From: Antedon mediterranea
Taxonomy: Eukaryota; Animalia; Echinodermata
Length of the DNA: 64,000 nt
Direction of reading: 5' to 3'
NCBI RefSeq assembly: GCF_964355755.1
Contig: NC_092680.1
Span: forward strand, 17,121,045 to 17,185,044
Shown here: positions 37,817 through 51,769 of the stretch, piece by piece
Layout of the letters: every line of letters starts with the position of its first letter
Position numbering within the stretch: position 1 is the stretch's first letter
Position numbers and translations under genes: made by a program
Notes under the pieces: generated by a model
The model's database searches: none
What the model was told of the DNA's origin: nothing
Seen by the model: only the letters and a program-made list of their open reading frames with translations

Positions 37817-40800
37817 TTAAAGTCTTGCACGATTATGCCACTATTGGGGGAAAGCCTTGCAATACGGAAACTCCCAAATTATAAACAAAACATTCAATTT
37901 GCCAAGGGTATGTTTCAGCTTGAACAAATTCCGAGGTTTATAGCCATTTTTTCCCTATAATGATTGATTTCTTGGCACAATCCCAAATTTCTTGAACTAT
38001 ATTGACATTAGAAGAAAAAAAAGTTGTTGATCTAGAATGATATAATTCTTATTATCATTAGGAAATTAAATTTCAATAAGAAAAATGCTTAATTACATTA
38101 TTTAAAGTTTACAAACCCAAGTGCAGAACTGCCTAATTTCCAATTGCCGATCAAATCATCATGCTAAGATGTGATCTGGTGGACATGAATTGTTGTAAAG
38201 GAAAAACATAGTACAAAAGGATAGGGTATCATCCCCAGTGTGTACAGTACTATCCTGATAGGTCCTCTGTAGCTGTACATACAGAAAGGGCCAATTGAAC
38301 CTTGAGCAATGTTGGTTAATGTAACTATGTCATTTCCCAAAATCAATTAGACAGACAACAGCAAGTACAGATTGAAATGGACAAATCCAGAATCCCAAAC
38401 AGATAAAAATGTTGTGGCAGGGTGGCCCAGGTTAATAAAAATGAATACAGTACTTACTGTATATACGAATGAACAAATTAAAAAAAAGTCACAAAACATG
38501 GAACCAAGATCAAGAAAAACTAAACAATTTAGTAAAGGAAAAGCATGCACACACATGGAAGGAAAGGGATCATTCCGTGTGCAGTGGTATCTGTAACTGT
38601 TATGTGCATAAAGCTGGCCGGGTGGATCTAGAAGTTCTTCGGGTTCTATAGAAAAAGGAATGTGCTTTCCACATGAAAGGATGTGCTTTCCAAATGAACA
38701 CAAAAACAAGATGTTTGTCTTTTTAAATGCAATAGCCATGTACCTGAGGCTGACTTCATATAAAACATCAAATTCTATCTCAAAGTTATACAATTTAAGG
38801 GGGTCGGTTCTGGACCCCATGGACGTACCATGGACTGACCTACAATATATGTATACCTTTCATATAATTCAATAAAGAATTGAACAGTTGCCAAGAATGA
38901 ATTACACAAATGTTTGATTGGAAATCAATTTCTTGTTCATCAATCTATAACTCTATATAATAACTCTAACAAATGGTATATTATTTTAATTCATAATTAA
39001 TAGTTTTATCATGTTGAATAAACTTGAATACAGTTTACATCATGGTTTCATTCACATCACGTATTCAACTGTGAAAATGTAAATAGAGGATAACCTTGGC
39101 CTTGTCCTTAGTGTGATTTTTAGCATGATGTAATAGTACATTATAATGGTCACTGAATGTGTTTAAATAAGCTAATGTAATAAATATTAATAACACTAGA
39201 CAAGGACTAATAAACTAGAATACAAAAAAAAAAAACATATTTTGTCATACAGTAGCTATAAGTGCTGTTTAACAATACTTTAAAAGGAAAATTAGAATTG
39301 AACATACCTTTCACCTGATAGTCTAGTGGTCTAATGGTCACTATTGGAATATTCTGCCTATATTATCAATCAGCCATATTTTGGGGAATATATCCATATT
39401 TTTTGTTTTGGTTCGTGTTCTGTTCAAGTGAACCTTTTCTCTGAAAATAAAAAATCCAAAAATATAGTACAAACAAAATTTAATATTAATATTAAATTTT
39501 GTTTAATATTAATGGTTTATTCAATTCATTTTTGTTATCTATAAATAACTAAATCTAAATTAAACCCAATTACAATAATAGCAATAATATACAGTACAAA
39601 GATCTGCCTGTCTATACTTTGTAGATAATTTTACTACAAAATTCATATGCATAACAGATATTTGGTTTTAGAATTGCTAATTGGAAATGCTAATATATAT
39701 TTATTATATGAATTTAAAGTGATATCAAAGTTGACTGTCAGTAGTTTGATTGATGTTTGGATCTGTAATTGCAAATGCCAGACTGAGTTGGACGTCGATT
39801 AGTTCATGTCGATTACAGGTTCATTGTGTAAATTAAAACAAATAAAAATTATAATCTTAAAATAGAATAGGTAAAATTCTACCAAATATTAAAGCTTGAA
39901 AAATGAAATCTTTTGTGTAGACATTTTTTTTCAAATAATTCCAATATTTCCAATGTTGCTTTTTCACCTTAGACTTGATTAAAATGATTTTCAGAATTTA
40001 CTAATGCGACAGAACAGAAAAAAAAACCTCAAAATACATGTATGCAAAAACTATTTTTTAATAAATTAATTCAGTAAAATTTATACACACAAACACCAGT
40101 GTACCGTACTGTTTGTGATTGGGCACATATCCAACACGAAAGTGTAATGACTCATAACAAAATTTCTTTCAAAATTAATAATTCTACATTAATAATGTTA
40201 CTTCTGTATATCTAGATATTTGATATTTGAATGTATAACCTTTACTTTCATATTATTTTTTTTTAATCTGAAGATACTCGTTTTAAAAGAAATGTCATCA
40301 ACCTGAATACTTTATATTTATTATTTTCAGTATAATTTTTTAGTTTTCGTACTGTTTCTTTAGGCAGTTATATTCAAGAGATTCATTAGGAAACAGTTAC
40401 TATGAGGTAGCTTATAGTTTAATACGGCAAAAAAATGGGTATTTGGAAACTCGGACTGAGCATGCGCACACACCAAAGAACGTCTGGGAAAAGAGAGTCT
40501 ATGAAAACATTTGCTGATATTTAGTATTGAAATGCATGTAGCGTTAATAATCATGAGATGAGTGGCAACTTTTGTAAGAAATATTTCTTGTTTATTATAT
40601 AACTAACCAATTTTACTTTGAACTAAAATGAACATCAAGTTCAATAAACTAAAAATATGTGACTTTTCTTAGGGTTTAATTTGTATTTATTGATTTCTTG
40701 TCTTTTTAAATGATGTTTTATGATGATGGTCTTGTGCTTTTCTTTGAATTTTATATGGCTTGTAAATTGCTGAAATAAAATTTATTATTATTAATTCAAC

Positions 40801-40904
40801 TTTATTCACAATTAGGCTCAGCTCAACATAAACTATGAAATGATAAACAGAAAATAGATATATATTTATTATATATTTATTACATATATAAATCCAAAGG
40901 AAAA

Positions 40905-41172
40905 TTACTGACAAAAATGACAATGCTGTGGGTATCAGTGGCTGGAGCTCAATGGTGGAGATACAAAAAAAAAAGCGAAAAGCTAAATCAAAAAAATGAA
41001 GGAAAACAGCCAGAAAAGTTAGCAGAGGGATTGTAGGGCAACAATGGCCCTTCATCAGTGCAAGGGATATTATTTAAATAAATAAAATAAGCAAAAAGCT
41101 AAATCAAAACGAAAAAAAAAAGCCATAACAATTTGCAGAGTTTTCGGGCAACACTATTCCTTCATCAGTGCA
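40905..41172 (-). mobile_element. Penelope-like pseudo-LTR remnants in partial tandem, each with a hammerhead motif
   Basis: Two copies of TGCACTGATGAAGG...GTTGCCC followed by T-rich sequence on the minus strand; a homologous copy lies at 42891-43035 on plus. Confidence 0.65.
41134..41172 (-). ncRNA. Minimal type I hammerhead ribozyme motif (degenerate stem II)
   Basis: UGCA CUGAUGA AGGAAUAGUGUUGCCC GAAA ACUC UGCA: both core boxes, a 4-bp stem I and a UC cleavage site. Confidence 0.65.
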
Positions 41173-41309
41173 TACAGCATACATTATATTATAATTTAGA
41201 GGTATACAAAATAATGAAATGATGTAGATGAAGGTAAGAGAAGATGGATGTTTTCACTAGCAATAGGCCTAGGTACCAACACATTTTCACCTACTATAAA
41301 TCCATGATG

Positions 41310-41465
41310 CAATGGTGGATCCAGGATTTTGAAAAAGGGGAGACGGGGCCTAAAAAGGGGGAAACAGGGCCTAAAAAGGGGGAGACGGGGCCTAAAAAAG
41401 GAGAGACGGGGCCTAAAAAAAGGGGGAAACGGGGCCTAAAAAAGGGGAGACGGGGCCTAAAAATG
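41310..41465 (+). mobile_element. Truncated hAT-like left end with ~6 x 21-bp subterminal repeats
   Basis: CAATGGTGGATCCAGG resembles the CAGTGGCGTATCCAG TIR; AAAAAGGGGGAGACGGGGCCT repeats follow. Confidence 0.6.
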
Positions 41466-42890
41466 GTAAAGCGTCAAACTAAATCTAATGTCTTATCTTC
41501 TTCAATTTCCTATATTGCTTTCTATTCTTTTTGATACTAAGATCAGATAACATCATCATCATGAATCAGCCTGAACTATTTGGCATATTTGCCAACTAGA
41601 AGGAAGAGATAATTAAAAACACACTGCTAATAATTCCTTACTAAATTTCAACTAACTATAATTGGATTGCTTAACTTTAATTTGAAGATTGATCTGTTGA
41701 GATTTCCAAAACCAACTTTAGTAATCTAATCTTAGTCTACAGATGCTAATAAATGGTATTACAAAATGAAATTTCAAAATAGATTTGCAGTTCTCATCTG
41801 TTTGTCTCTAAACAATATTGTATATGTCGCCTAATAAAGTAGGTAAATTTATTTAAAGTGATTTATATCAATATCTATTTATACTATATTCTAAACCTCT
41901 CCAATCGGTGCATACCCTGAACGATTTAAGTAGAAACTATAGAGGGCAACACATTTTCTCCCTCTCTTAATTATGAATAAACAATGTGTATGATATGATA
42001 ATGTATGCATGGGTACAATTGCGCTATAAGTTACAACCATTCTGTCCAACCGAAAGATGCAAAATTATATTACGTTTATTTTATTCCACGGCTACACAAA
42101 ATCTAGGAAAGGCTTGTTTTTTTGGGTTTTTTTTATGTTTAATTAATTGATGGCAACTAATAAATAATTATTGAAGAAGTTTTTTTCAAGTTTCATAACA
42201 AATTCTAAGTGTTACCTTGGTACCGTAGTTGATAAAGAAATTTTTTGCATTTGAAATTGGATTTCAATTTTTCAAATATATATAGGCCTAATGCTCATGT
42301 TTTAATTCATACCACAGCCTCCTAACTATAAAGGCTATGTTGTTTTTATTTTTGAAATTATATGGGTCAGGTGTAAAGGTGGGGACATGATCTTAATGTA
42401 ATCACGGTCATATGTTATTTGACAGGTTCATTGTATCTTGATGCTTCTTTAGTAGCTATCGTTCACACTATGATTTATGACTTGTTGTTAACTCAAGTGT
42501 GTTGTCTATAAATATTGAGACATATACTGTAGAATAAAACATAACATTGTTCTGTGAAAAGGAATTGAAAGACCTCCATGATGGGCGACATTATGGCAAA
42601 TGAAAGTCAGTCTAGAAAAAACAAAATACAAATCACATTGATATCAGATACATGGTCTTTTTAGGTTTATTAATGTGTTGATGAATTACCTGCATTTTCT
42701 TTAACTGGGAGAAATGACTTCAAGTGATCATTTAAATAGCATGCTCACTCTCCCAGGATAACGATTTTAAACATCTGATTGTGTATTAAAATGCAATTGG
42801 TAGCTATAACAAAATACTGGAAATCATATACAGTATCTATATATTACTGTAATGTAAAACCTGTCTGCTTTATATTCTCATTGTCCAATT

Positions 42891-43035
42891 ACTTACACTG
42901 ATGATCAAGGGCTAGTGTTGCCCGAAATTGCACATTTTTCTGGCTGTTTTAGGTTTAGCTTTTCTTATTTTGTACCTCCATTCAGATCCAGCCAATGATG
43001 ATACCCACAGCATTGTCATTTTTTTTTTGTAATTT
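42891..43035 (+). mobile_element. Penelope-like pseudo-LTR remnant with hammerhead motif
   Basis: CTGATGA-TCAA-GGGC TAGTGTT GCCC-GAAA; downstream GATACCCACAGCATTGTCATTTTT matches 40913-40937 in reverse. Confidence 0.65.
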
Positions 43036-44794
43036 GGGTATATATATACCGTATCCATATAATGCAATAGAACGATTTATTAGAACCATTAAATAGAATA
43101 TTTACCATGCAGTACAACTAATATGAATGTCACAACAAATAAAAAAATTGTGTTTAATCAATATAATAAACATCTACTTCTTTGCAGCAAAACATATTGA
43201 CAAATAAATTTCTATGTTACGAAAACAATTCAATATAGATTGCAACTTTTGAAAAAATTTTCAAGAAATTTGATACTGGGATTTCTTTTTTCCTTTGTAA
43301 TTTTTCGATAATAAGATTTAAGATAACATCAAAATCCAAAATCACCTGGTCATTTCGAGGGTGTCCAAATTGGGCCGTCGGCCAAACTACGGATGCCACT
43401 ACACCTGCAATAATATGATTTTGACCTTTAAACTTTACCTTGGGAGAGTGCAATGCTGAGTCAAATATTTGATGCAAATTGGTATTATTTTTACATTCAT
43501 ACTGGGTGAGGAACAAAATATTTACAGGTGTGATAACATTCAAATCAAAGTGTGTAACTTGTCAAATTTGACATGAGACATTCCATTATGATAAAGGGGT
43601 TTCATTTAGTTCCAAAATTGAACAGGCTTCATTTTGAAATGTATTTCTTTATATTATTTTTTAAAGATTATTTAAGATTAAGTTATAAAGCCTAGTGGAC
43701 TTACTTTGTTGGTAAGCATGACATTTCGATAAACTCTACAGCTGTAAATTGATTACCAATGCCAATTAAAAATTGTTTTTGCCCAAATTATAGGCCTATA
43801 TTACTTGTGAACATCATCTATTAATTAATAATAATCACACACAAAAAAATAGAAAAAGTTTATTTTTGAAACTGTTGCTACTGCCAATTGTGATTTTAAT
43901 AAAATTAAATTAAACAATTGGTTGTCTTTATTATATTTAATGAGTTAGGTTTATGTGTGTGATGGTACAGATTTCATCTTGTTGATCTTTTGTGAAGGAG
44001 AGATCGCGTCGCTGCTTTCATTCACAGGCGATGCTGCTATTAAATTTCACAGATTTGTTTTCCGTACGCGAGAAGATTTGGTTTTTATAGGCATGTAGTT
44101 TGTGCACATATGATCCTTCTCTTGTATATTGTCTAGTCTAGCTATACAGTAACAAAACTTGTTTCACTGTACATATGTATCGCATACAGTATTTTGATAT
44201 CAAATTTAAATGTGGTGGCATTTATACTCCTTACACTTTTTGCCAATGAATAATAGACACCATAGCCATTTAACAATATCCTGTGTGTCACATTGTTTGA
44301 TGTTCTGTATGAGTAATGTATCTGTTGTATATTATGAAGCAATTTGTTTAGGTTGCATAAAAGCGGTGCCCTTTTAATACTCTGCCTACTTTTTTGCTAA
44401 TGATTGAATATAAATACCCAAGCTAGTTACTGTATCCTGTCTGCGGTATATTACTAAGATGCTCGAGTAGAGCGTGAATGGTTCCATTGGGCCTTTATCA
44501 TGGTCATTCATTTGCACCTTCCTTGATTTAATTTTAACACATTTGGGGATCTTATACAAAAGTTGGAAAGTTGTTGAAAACAGTTGACATTTTATCAAAC
44601 TCAAGGGTTTTTTCCACCAACAGGGATGATAATTTAAATCAACAATATAAATAATGAACAAAAAAATAATATAGTAAAAAAATCTGAGAAAAAAGGGTTT
44701 ATAAATACAAATTAGCAATACAGATATCTATATTTATAGAAGTGGCGGGATTAACTGATTGGCAATTTAAATTATTTGAATATCAACTATCTAA

Positions 44795-44941
44795 AGCTCT
44801 GTCTGTACTATCAAATTTTATGTGACAACAAAATATATGGACATGATGATGTCATATCACTACCCTACTTGGGCATATCATCACCATATTTGGGCAAATT
44901 ACACTTTTTTGTCAAACTAGTTTGATAGTATAGACAGAGCT
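44795..44941. mobile_element. Harbinger-like MITE family A, complete copy
   Basis: TAA|AGCTCTGTCTGTACTATCAAA ... TTTGATAGTATAGACAGAGCT|TAA: TIRs with a 3-bp TAA TSD. Confidence 0.85.
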
Positions 44942-45496
44942 TAACGCTAATATATGGTAGAGTAAGTTTAAAATTATAAATTTTAGGCGATCTTATCAAA
45001 TGTCAAGTGCCTATAGCCTGCCATGTTTCAATATTCAATATTAAACTTATTCAATAGGCAATATCCCCAGCTCTCACTCTCCCTCACAAAAACAAACAAA
45101 CATTCTTCTGGCTCCACTTTCTTGTTACTTTTTAAAGTATTTAAAAATATTAATACCACCACAAAAAAAAAAACACATCAATACAATAAATCCATGCGTT
45201 TATTATTTATTAAAATGAATGCATTTCTTTAAATATTAAATGAAATTAACGTTTAAATTATGTCAAATAGAATACATTAAATATTTATATTTCTATTGGT
45301 TTTTGTTTCTTTTAAGTTTCATAAATTAGAAAATGTTAAAGTAATAAATTATTCAATCTTACTTTAAATATTTATTCATCAAGTTTCTAAATTATTTATA
45401 TTTAATCAATAAACCTATAATTATTTTGAAAAGTACAATAACATCTTCCAATTACAAATGTTCCAATTTATGATAATAAATATTTGTCAAATCACG

Positions 45497-45538
45497 ATTA
45501 ATATTTCGTCTCAACACTTTGGGAGACTTCGTCAGAAT
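45497..45538 (-). ncRNA. Minimal type I hammerhead ribozyme motif (second Penelope-like family)
   Basis: AUU CUGACGA A GUCUC-CCAAAGUGUU-GAGAC GAAA UAUU AAU: perfect 5-bp stem II and palindromic AAUAUU stem III. Confidence 0.7.
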
Positions 45539-48500
45539 GACCATCCCATCTTCTTTTCCGAGGTATCAATCCTCTATGACGTACGTCCATGACTCTTTCC
45601 CAGTCGTAGATTTCTTGAGTACACAACTTGGTTTTGACAAATTAATATTTATTATCTGGATTTAAAACAAACCTGATGAATCTAATCTCCGATGTTCCAA
45701 TTTATGTTTATTGATATTTAATATTGTCTTATAATTCGTAAATAATTCTAGTGTTTGACCTACTAAATTAAAAAGCACTAATACCCATATTTTTGTTTAA
45801 AAAATATTGTGGTGTCTAAGCCTCACCTACACGAATTTATATTCATACTACCGCAGGATCTTGTATTATAGGCAAAAAGTTCAGTTGGTGGTGAATCTTA
45901 CAGCTGGGTAGGCAGGCCAGGGTTTTTTTTTCCTCAAAATTCAAAGTTGACACTAATGTAGGCCTACTGTTGTACAGTATATATTTTTGCAAAAAAATAT
46001 GATTGTCCAAGAACACATTTGATGTGCAAGTAAATCTATCAGTGGCCATAACAATTATAAATACAACATACTAAACATTTGTAGGTTTTGGAAAGTTCCA
46101 TATAATTAATATGTAAACGTTGTTATGCAATATGCCATTTCCAAAACCCTGCGTTATGAAGCTTGGCACATTACGCATTACAGTATCAGTAGTATATAAA
46201 TGTAAAGCTCACAAGCTATACAAACAGGTGGGGAAATTTGCTATAGGGTTTATGAGATTTGGTAAGAGAAATCAATGATATTAGATATTATTTGAATATG
46301 CATCATCATAAATTAAAATTTATTTACCTGTTTTCTTTTATGAGTGGATTCACTGGAAATGCAAGTTTCTCTATTTTTTCAGAAAACATTTTAAGAAATA
46401 ACCAACACTAATAACAGATTTTGTACCACTCAACAAATTAATTTGTTAACAGTTTATCAAGATTTATTTTTTTTAACCTATTTTTGGAAATAACAAAGAA
46501 AATCAGAATTACTAAAAATTGTGTTACTGTATTTGAATGCACCAAATAAAATATTGTTTTATTACCTTGTAGTGTTATATTTATGTCCAGTGTAATGACA
46601 AAATCTTGCTTTAGCTCGTATTTTTATGTTTTTGTAACAAATGTGCACATTAATAAGAAGCACTTTGTAGATTTTATTGGAATAGCGATGCAAAAACACA
46701 TTTAAGTGTTCATAGCTGATTTGTATGCAAGCTATCACTCATCGTAATGTGTTTATACACTTTTATTCATTCCATAAACTTAAATAATGTTTAGCTTATA
46801 TTTGCTAAAAAATGATGTAAAACATCCCTATACAGTCAACGCTCTCAATACCGGATACCCTTTGGGCTTGGCTACTATGTTTTCAGAAATTCTATTATTA
46901 TTTTTAATGAAAATAAAGAATTTGGGAATTTTGGATCTTAAAAAAGTGTGGGTGTGGGAAAGTTTCCCCAGTTTATAGAAAGTTTGGTAGGTATAAGCCG
47001 GCTGTATTAAGCTAGTGACAAACCTTTATTATTCTATCAATTAATAACCAATGCCATTTGTGGTGGTGGGAAACCTTCTAATTGCGCAAATGTGCTTTGA
47101 CACAATATTGTTAACAACGCTATATAAATTTAACAACATTATAACACTATATGTATTTACACTGTGTTATAATGCAACTTTTTAATGAACATGAATTTTT
47201 AGACTAATTTCTTTGAATGTCAAAGATATGTTCTGCAATTTGCAGTCATCTTTACATGTTACAAAATGAGGTTGCAAAGAGGTTAATAAAGATACCCATG
47301 CTTATTCAAATTCCTATAGGCCCTATAAGGTCTGTTATTCGAACAATTGGTATTTATTTGGACATGGTGCAGAAAAGGATGGGTTCAGCTTCGCCCTGCA
47401 GTTGGCCGGCAATGGCTGAAATGATGAAAGATGAAAGTATTTTTAATCGATGTTCATCAACAACAAAAGTCAACCAGCTCCAACAAAATTTCCTTAAACC
47501 TGCATCCTGCATCCACAAGGCTTTAAGATCAGAAGCCACATACCAAAGTATTGAACAAAAACACAGGCGTACCATACCACAATTAACATCGCAACTAATC
47601 TACATCGTGACGAACGTAATCTTATAAATCACTACAAAAACCCAGTTTCCTGCATATAATCCATTTATTAGCATATATTTTTGTTTTTCATGTTACGCCA
47701 GATGTTCAGTTATATACAGTTGTAAATCAAAATAAACAGAGAACATTCCATTTATATTATGAGGACCTATTAATTCACTTGTTAACATTGCTGTGCATGT
47801 TTTGAAAAACCCGCATTAATGTCAGTAGTTATAATGTTACTTTGTGTGTTAATTTTAAACGATTTTCAAAATAAATTCAAATCAAAATCAAGTACTGAAG
47901 TATAGACCTCATGATAAACAAATTGTTCAAAGACGTTTTGTTACGAAATGTTTGTAAATCAACAAAAGAAGCAAGGAAATTTACTCGGAATATTTAGCAG
48001 GATAAAGTACAGTATGTGGTGCATAAAAAAATCCCATTTCAAACAACAGTAGAACATACAGTTGACAATAGGGAGGTTTCGCAACCTTACGAATACGATA
48101 ACGAAAACGGCGGATACGTCACACATTTGTGAAACTTTTGAGCTGATCCCTATTTCATATTCGTAAAGCGTATTCGTGTTGACGAATATCACTAGTCATA
48201 TTCGTAACTACAAAACAAGTATAGTTTTTGATCTATTTTGCACATTTGCATTTTAAATCAGGAATGATTCATGATTATAATATATTATATATTTATTGAA
48301 AGTAATTCACTAAAGTAATGTACTAAAATGCCAGGTCAATGCTAGGCCTAGGCAGCCAAGCACCAAGCAACATGTACCTGCGCTTCGCTCAAATTTACCG
48401 CAGTCATATTTTAAACTGTTCCAGAAAAAATGTTATTGAGTAATATAGATTTGATCAGGGTAGATTTTGTAGGCTCTCTGGTTTCAAGGACACTCCCCTT

Positions 48501-51500
48501 TATTACAGCAGTGAGGATTTGACCATTTTAAAATCTGCATTTCTATTTTTACCTACTCATTATGTTCAAGCTCAATAATATATTAAAAATAAATGTGCCC
48601 ATTTTCTGTTTGTCGTAGCTATATTCTCTATGAAGGTAGATCAAAAGGTTTTTACTTATTAAACTGTTTATATACTGTATAGGACTATATTAATCTTAAA
48701 AGTTAATATCAATTAAAAGTTAACCTTGACAGCTTTATTATGAATCAAATTAATTAAAATAAACTGCAGTGTAAACATTATTTGCTTTCCAAATTTAGTA
48801 ACGTAATGATTTTTCAAATTCTCCTACTTGGATCTTGGCACGACATCTTGGTAATTGATACGTAGATGATACAAGCGAACAATACATCTTAAAAGGTTTG
48901 CACTCGGTTCTTCTAGAACTCACGCACCATGATTGCTTCTTTATTAACACCCCCTTGATACTGCGTACGCCGCTACGACTTCCGACAATGCAACCATATC
49001 GATCGGAAACAGGTATTTAGTGAAGTGCGAAAATATACACCTTCACTTTCTATGGATAATTTTATGTAATGATTTTTATTGATTTTGATGAATTACCAAC
49101 TGACTTTTGCGTGAACTTTAAGACAGACCTTGACACTAAAGCGACTGATTAACGCATTTAATGTTTTTGGTCTTGAGAAGAGGATGAAATTGGTTTGTAA
49201 TTTACTAAAGTCAATTATTGAATGTCAATCATGATTATATCCATTGAAGAATAGATTATATTTAAGAAAATGTGTTTATCTTGGACAATTTTAGATTTTA
49301 AAATAATATTTTGACATTTCAGAACAACAAAATAACTTGAAATAACCAAAACAAAAATTATTCATGAATTAAAAATATATACTGTATGTGTCAGTTATTC
49401 TTCAAAATGTTCCATTATTTAAAATGTGTTTACTTCAACCTATAAAGAAATGAGAAGGCACTTGGAAAAATGGAATGAAAGAGTGTAGGCTACAAAAGTT
49501 GCCAAACTTATTTTTGCCATTAGTCAATGGCTTTATAAGGTCATGATAGCAGGATGAATTTGATTTTTTAGTATGGTGTTCTTTTAACATCCACTATACT
49601 AGAAACATTTCCAAAAGTATCCACCACATCAATAACAGTCACAAGAGAAACAGTACAAAATTGAAACGTCCTACACATTTAAACATAACTCACTTTGATT
49701 TCCCATTAGGTTAAAATGTCATCTAATAAATCTATTAAAAACGATGTATCGAAGGCCAGCTAACCAAACTACAAGTTACACAACATTACTTCTATGTTCC
49801 ATTTCAATTGCCAATTATTGTCTTTATTTGGTAATTACTAAACTTCCTTTCCACGTGTATACGGTCGAGTTGAGTATGCTAGTTTCGGTTTGTCTCAATT
49901 TTATTAATAATCATCGAATCAATCAAGTAATCCGACCTTACATAAAAGGCGAAATGTAGCATATTGGGTTCGCGTTTGTAAACTTTCATAATATGCATGG
50001 GCCTACTGGTTGGCAAGCGTCTAAAGGAAGAGTTCTAGAGTAGTTTATTTATTTATTTTTATTTCTTTATTCTGACATAAAATCATAGGATAAAAACACA
50101 ACAAAGTACCGAGACAGCAAACTTATTTCCATTGTGATCCTTTTCAATTTATTTTTTCATACTACCAAAAAACAGTGGCATAATGCATGTGACAAAGGCC
50201 CCTGGGTTTAACCAGTCAGCGCTCAAGTCATTACGCCACTGCTAAAATTGTTCTGTTTCTGCTGACAAAAATATACTGTAAATTACTCCCAATCATGGAT
50301 TTAACATTGACAATAGATACTCTATTTTGCAGTTGCCCTTTGTGCCAGCTTGAAAAGATGCCATAAATTGTCTGTTGCTGATAGCAAGGGGAGGAGGTGG
50401 TAAAGATTCGTTTCTTTTGTGACGACTTTTATTAATTCAGATCCAAAATAGGTGACACTAAAAATGATGGTAGGCCTATACTTAAAGAAGTTTTTATTGC
50501 GAGGAGTGAGAAATAAAACATGGTTAAATTATATAAGTACACACGTTCATTTAAATAGATCTGTACTACAGTAAGTTTTAAACAAACTTACAATTCATAG
50601 AATTTATTATTCTATACCAATGAAAATTTATAAAATTTGTTTGCTTGTAATTTATTGAATGCTTTTCATAAATTGTGAATGAATCTATTGGTCCATTAGT
50701 TTGTGAATCAATCGTAACTTTAAATAGAAATGTTGTGAATTTTGTATCTATTAAGTGATTTATTATTCTTATTGCAGCAAGATAATGAGTATTCTCTGAC
50801 AGTGATTGATGGAATTCAAAGTAGGAATCCATAATACTTTGATTTAACTGAGGACATTTGTAATTAGAAACATGACAGAAGACCACTAACATTTTTATTA
50901 CAACAAATTAAACTTTTATTCTTAGTGTTCTTTAATTAGTTTAATTTGAAGGTAAATGAGAATGATGCTATGGGTACTTAACCGGGTAGCTAACTCCAGC
51001 TGCTTAGGAAAACAAATGGTCAGGGTAAATTTCACATAGGCACTACTATTCTGTAGAAAGATACTATAAATAATAATAACGGATAGAAAACATAATAAAA
51101 TTTGTTTAGAATAAAGTAATATCATGTAGCATCATATCTAAATACATATAACCCCTATTACCCAATAAAAAGTCTCCTAAGTTTGCTGTAGTGTAGTTTG
51201 TACATTTTCTCTTGTTAGTTTCACAGCCACCTGTGAAACTAACAAGAGGCAATGTACAAACTAAACCACTGTCTATTTTAAACAGACAATACAGTATAAA
51301 CATTTGTGTATAATATTAAATGATATGTTCCAAATAATTCTATGTTTGATTTTACACATTGTTTATTTAGCATTGAACCATAAATGACAAGATCTTGTGG
51401 AAACTCACTTGGCATGGTATCTAAAGTGGTTAATGTTACAGTTGTACTGTATGTACTTTATTTTGACAAAATTGAGATGACATACATTATAGATGGCAGC

Positions 51501-51576
51501 AGACAACGAATTAAACCATAGCACTAGTAAAAAAGTGAATGAACACCATAAGTATTAGTTTTTTTTTTACTATAAT

Positions 51577-51769
51577 TAATGAAGCTGATCCATCCAGCAA
51601 TTGCTGGTCATTAGGGACCCTCAGAGGTTCACAAGACAAACATATACACAAGATGCTCTACATAAAAAAAGTCTTATTGTCCTTAGAAAAAATCCTGACA
51701 TGTGACGGGACTTCAACCCAGGACCCTTCGAGTGGCCAACCATCATAACCACCAAGCCACAACTCCACT
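51577..51769 (-). mobile_element. tRNA-derived SINE-like element, copy 1
   Basis: Minus strand box A TGGCTTGGTGG and box B GGTTGAAGTCCC; near-duplicate at 52865-53082. Confidence 0.65.

Noticed and set aside
37700-37960. ORF with MPKYGSD repeats
   Set aside because: Derived from the 21-bp internal repeats of MITE family A
41244-41534. Collagen-like KKGETGP ORF
   Set aside because: The 7-aa period is not Gly-X-Y; it comes from 21-bp subterminal repeats of a hAT-like end
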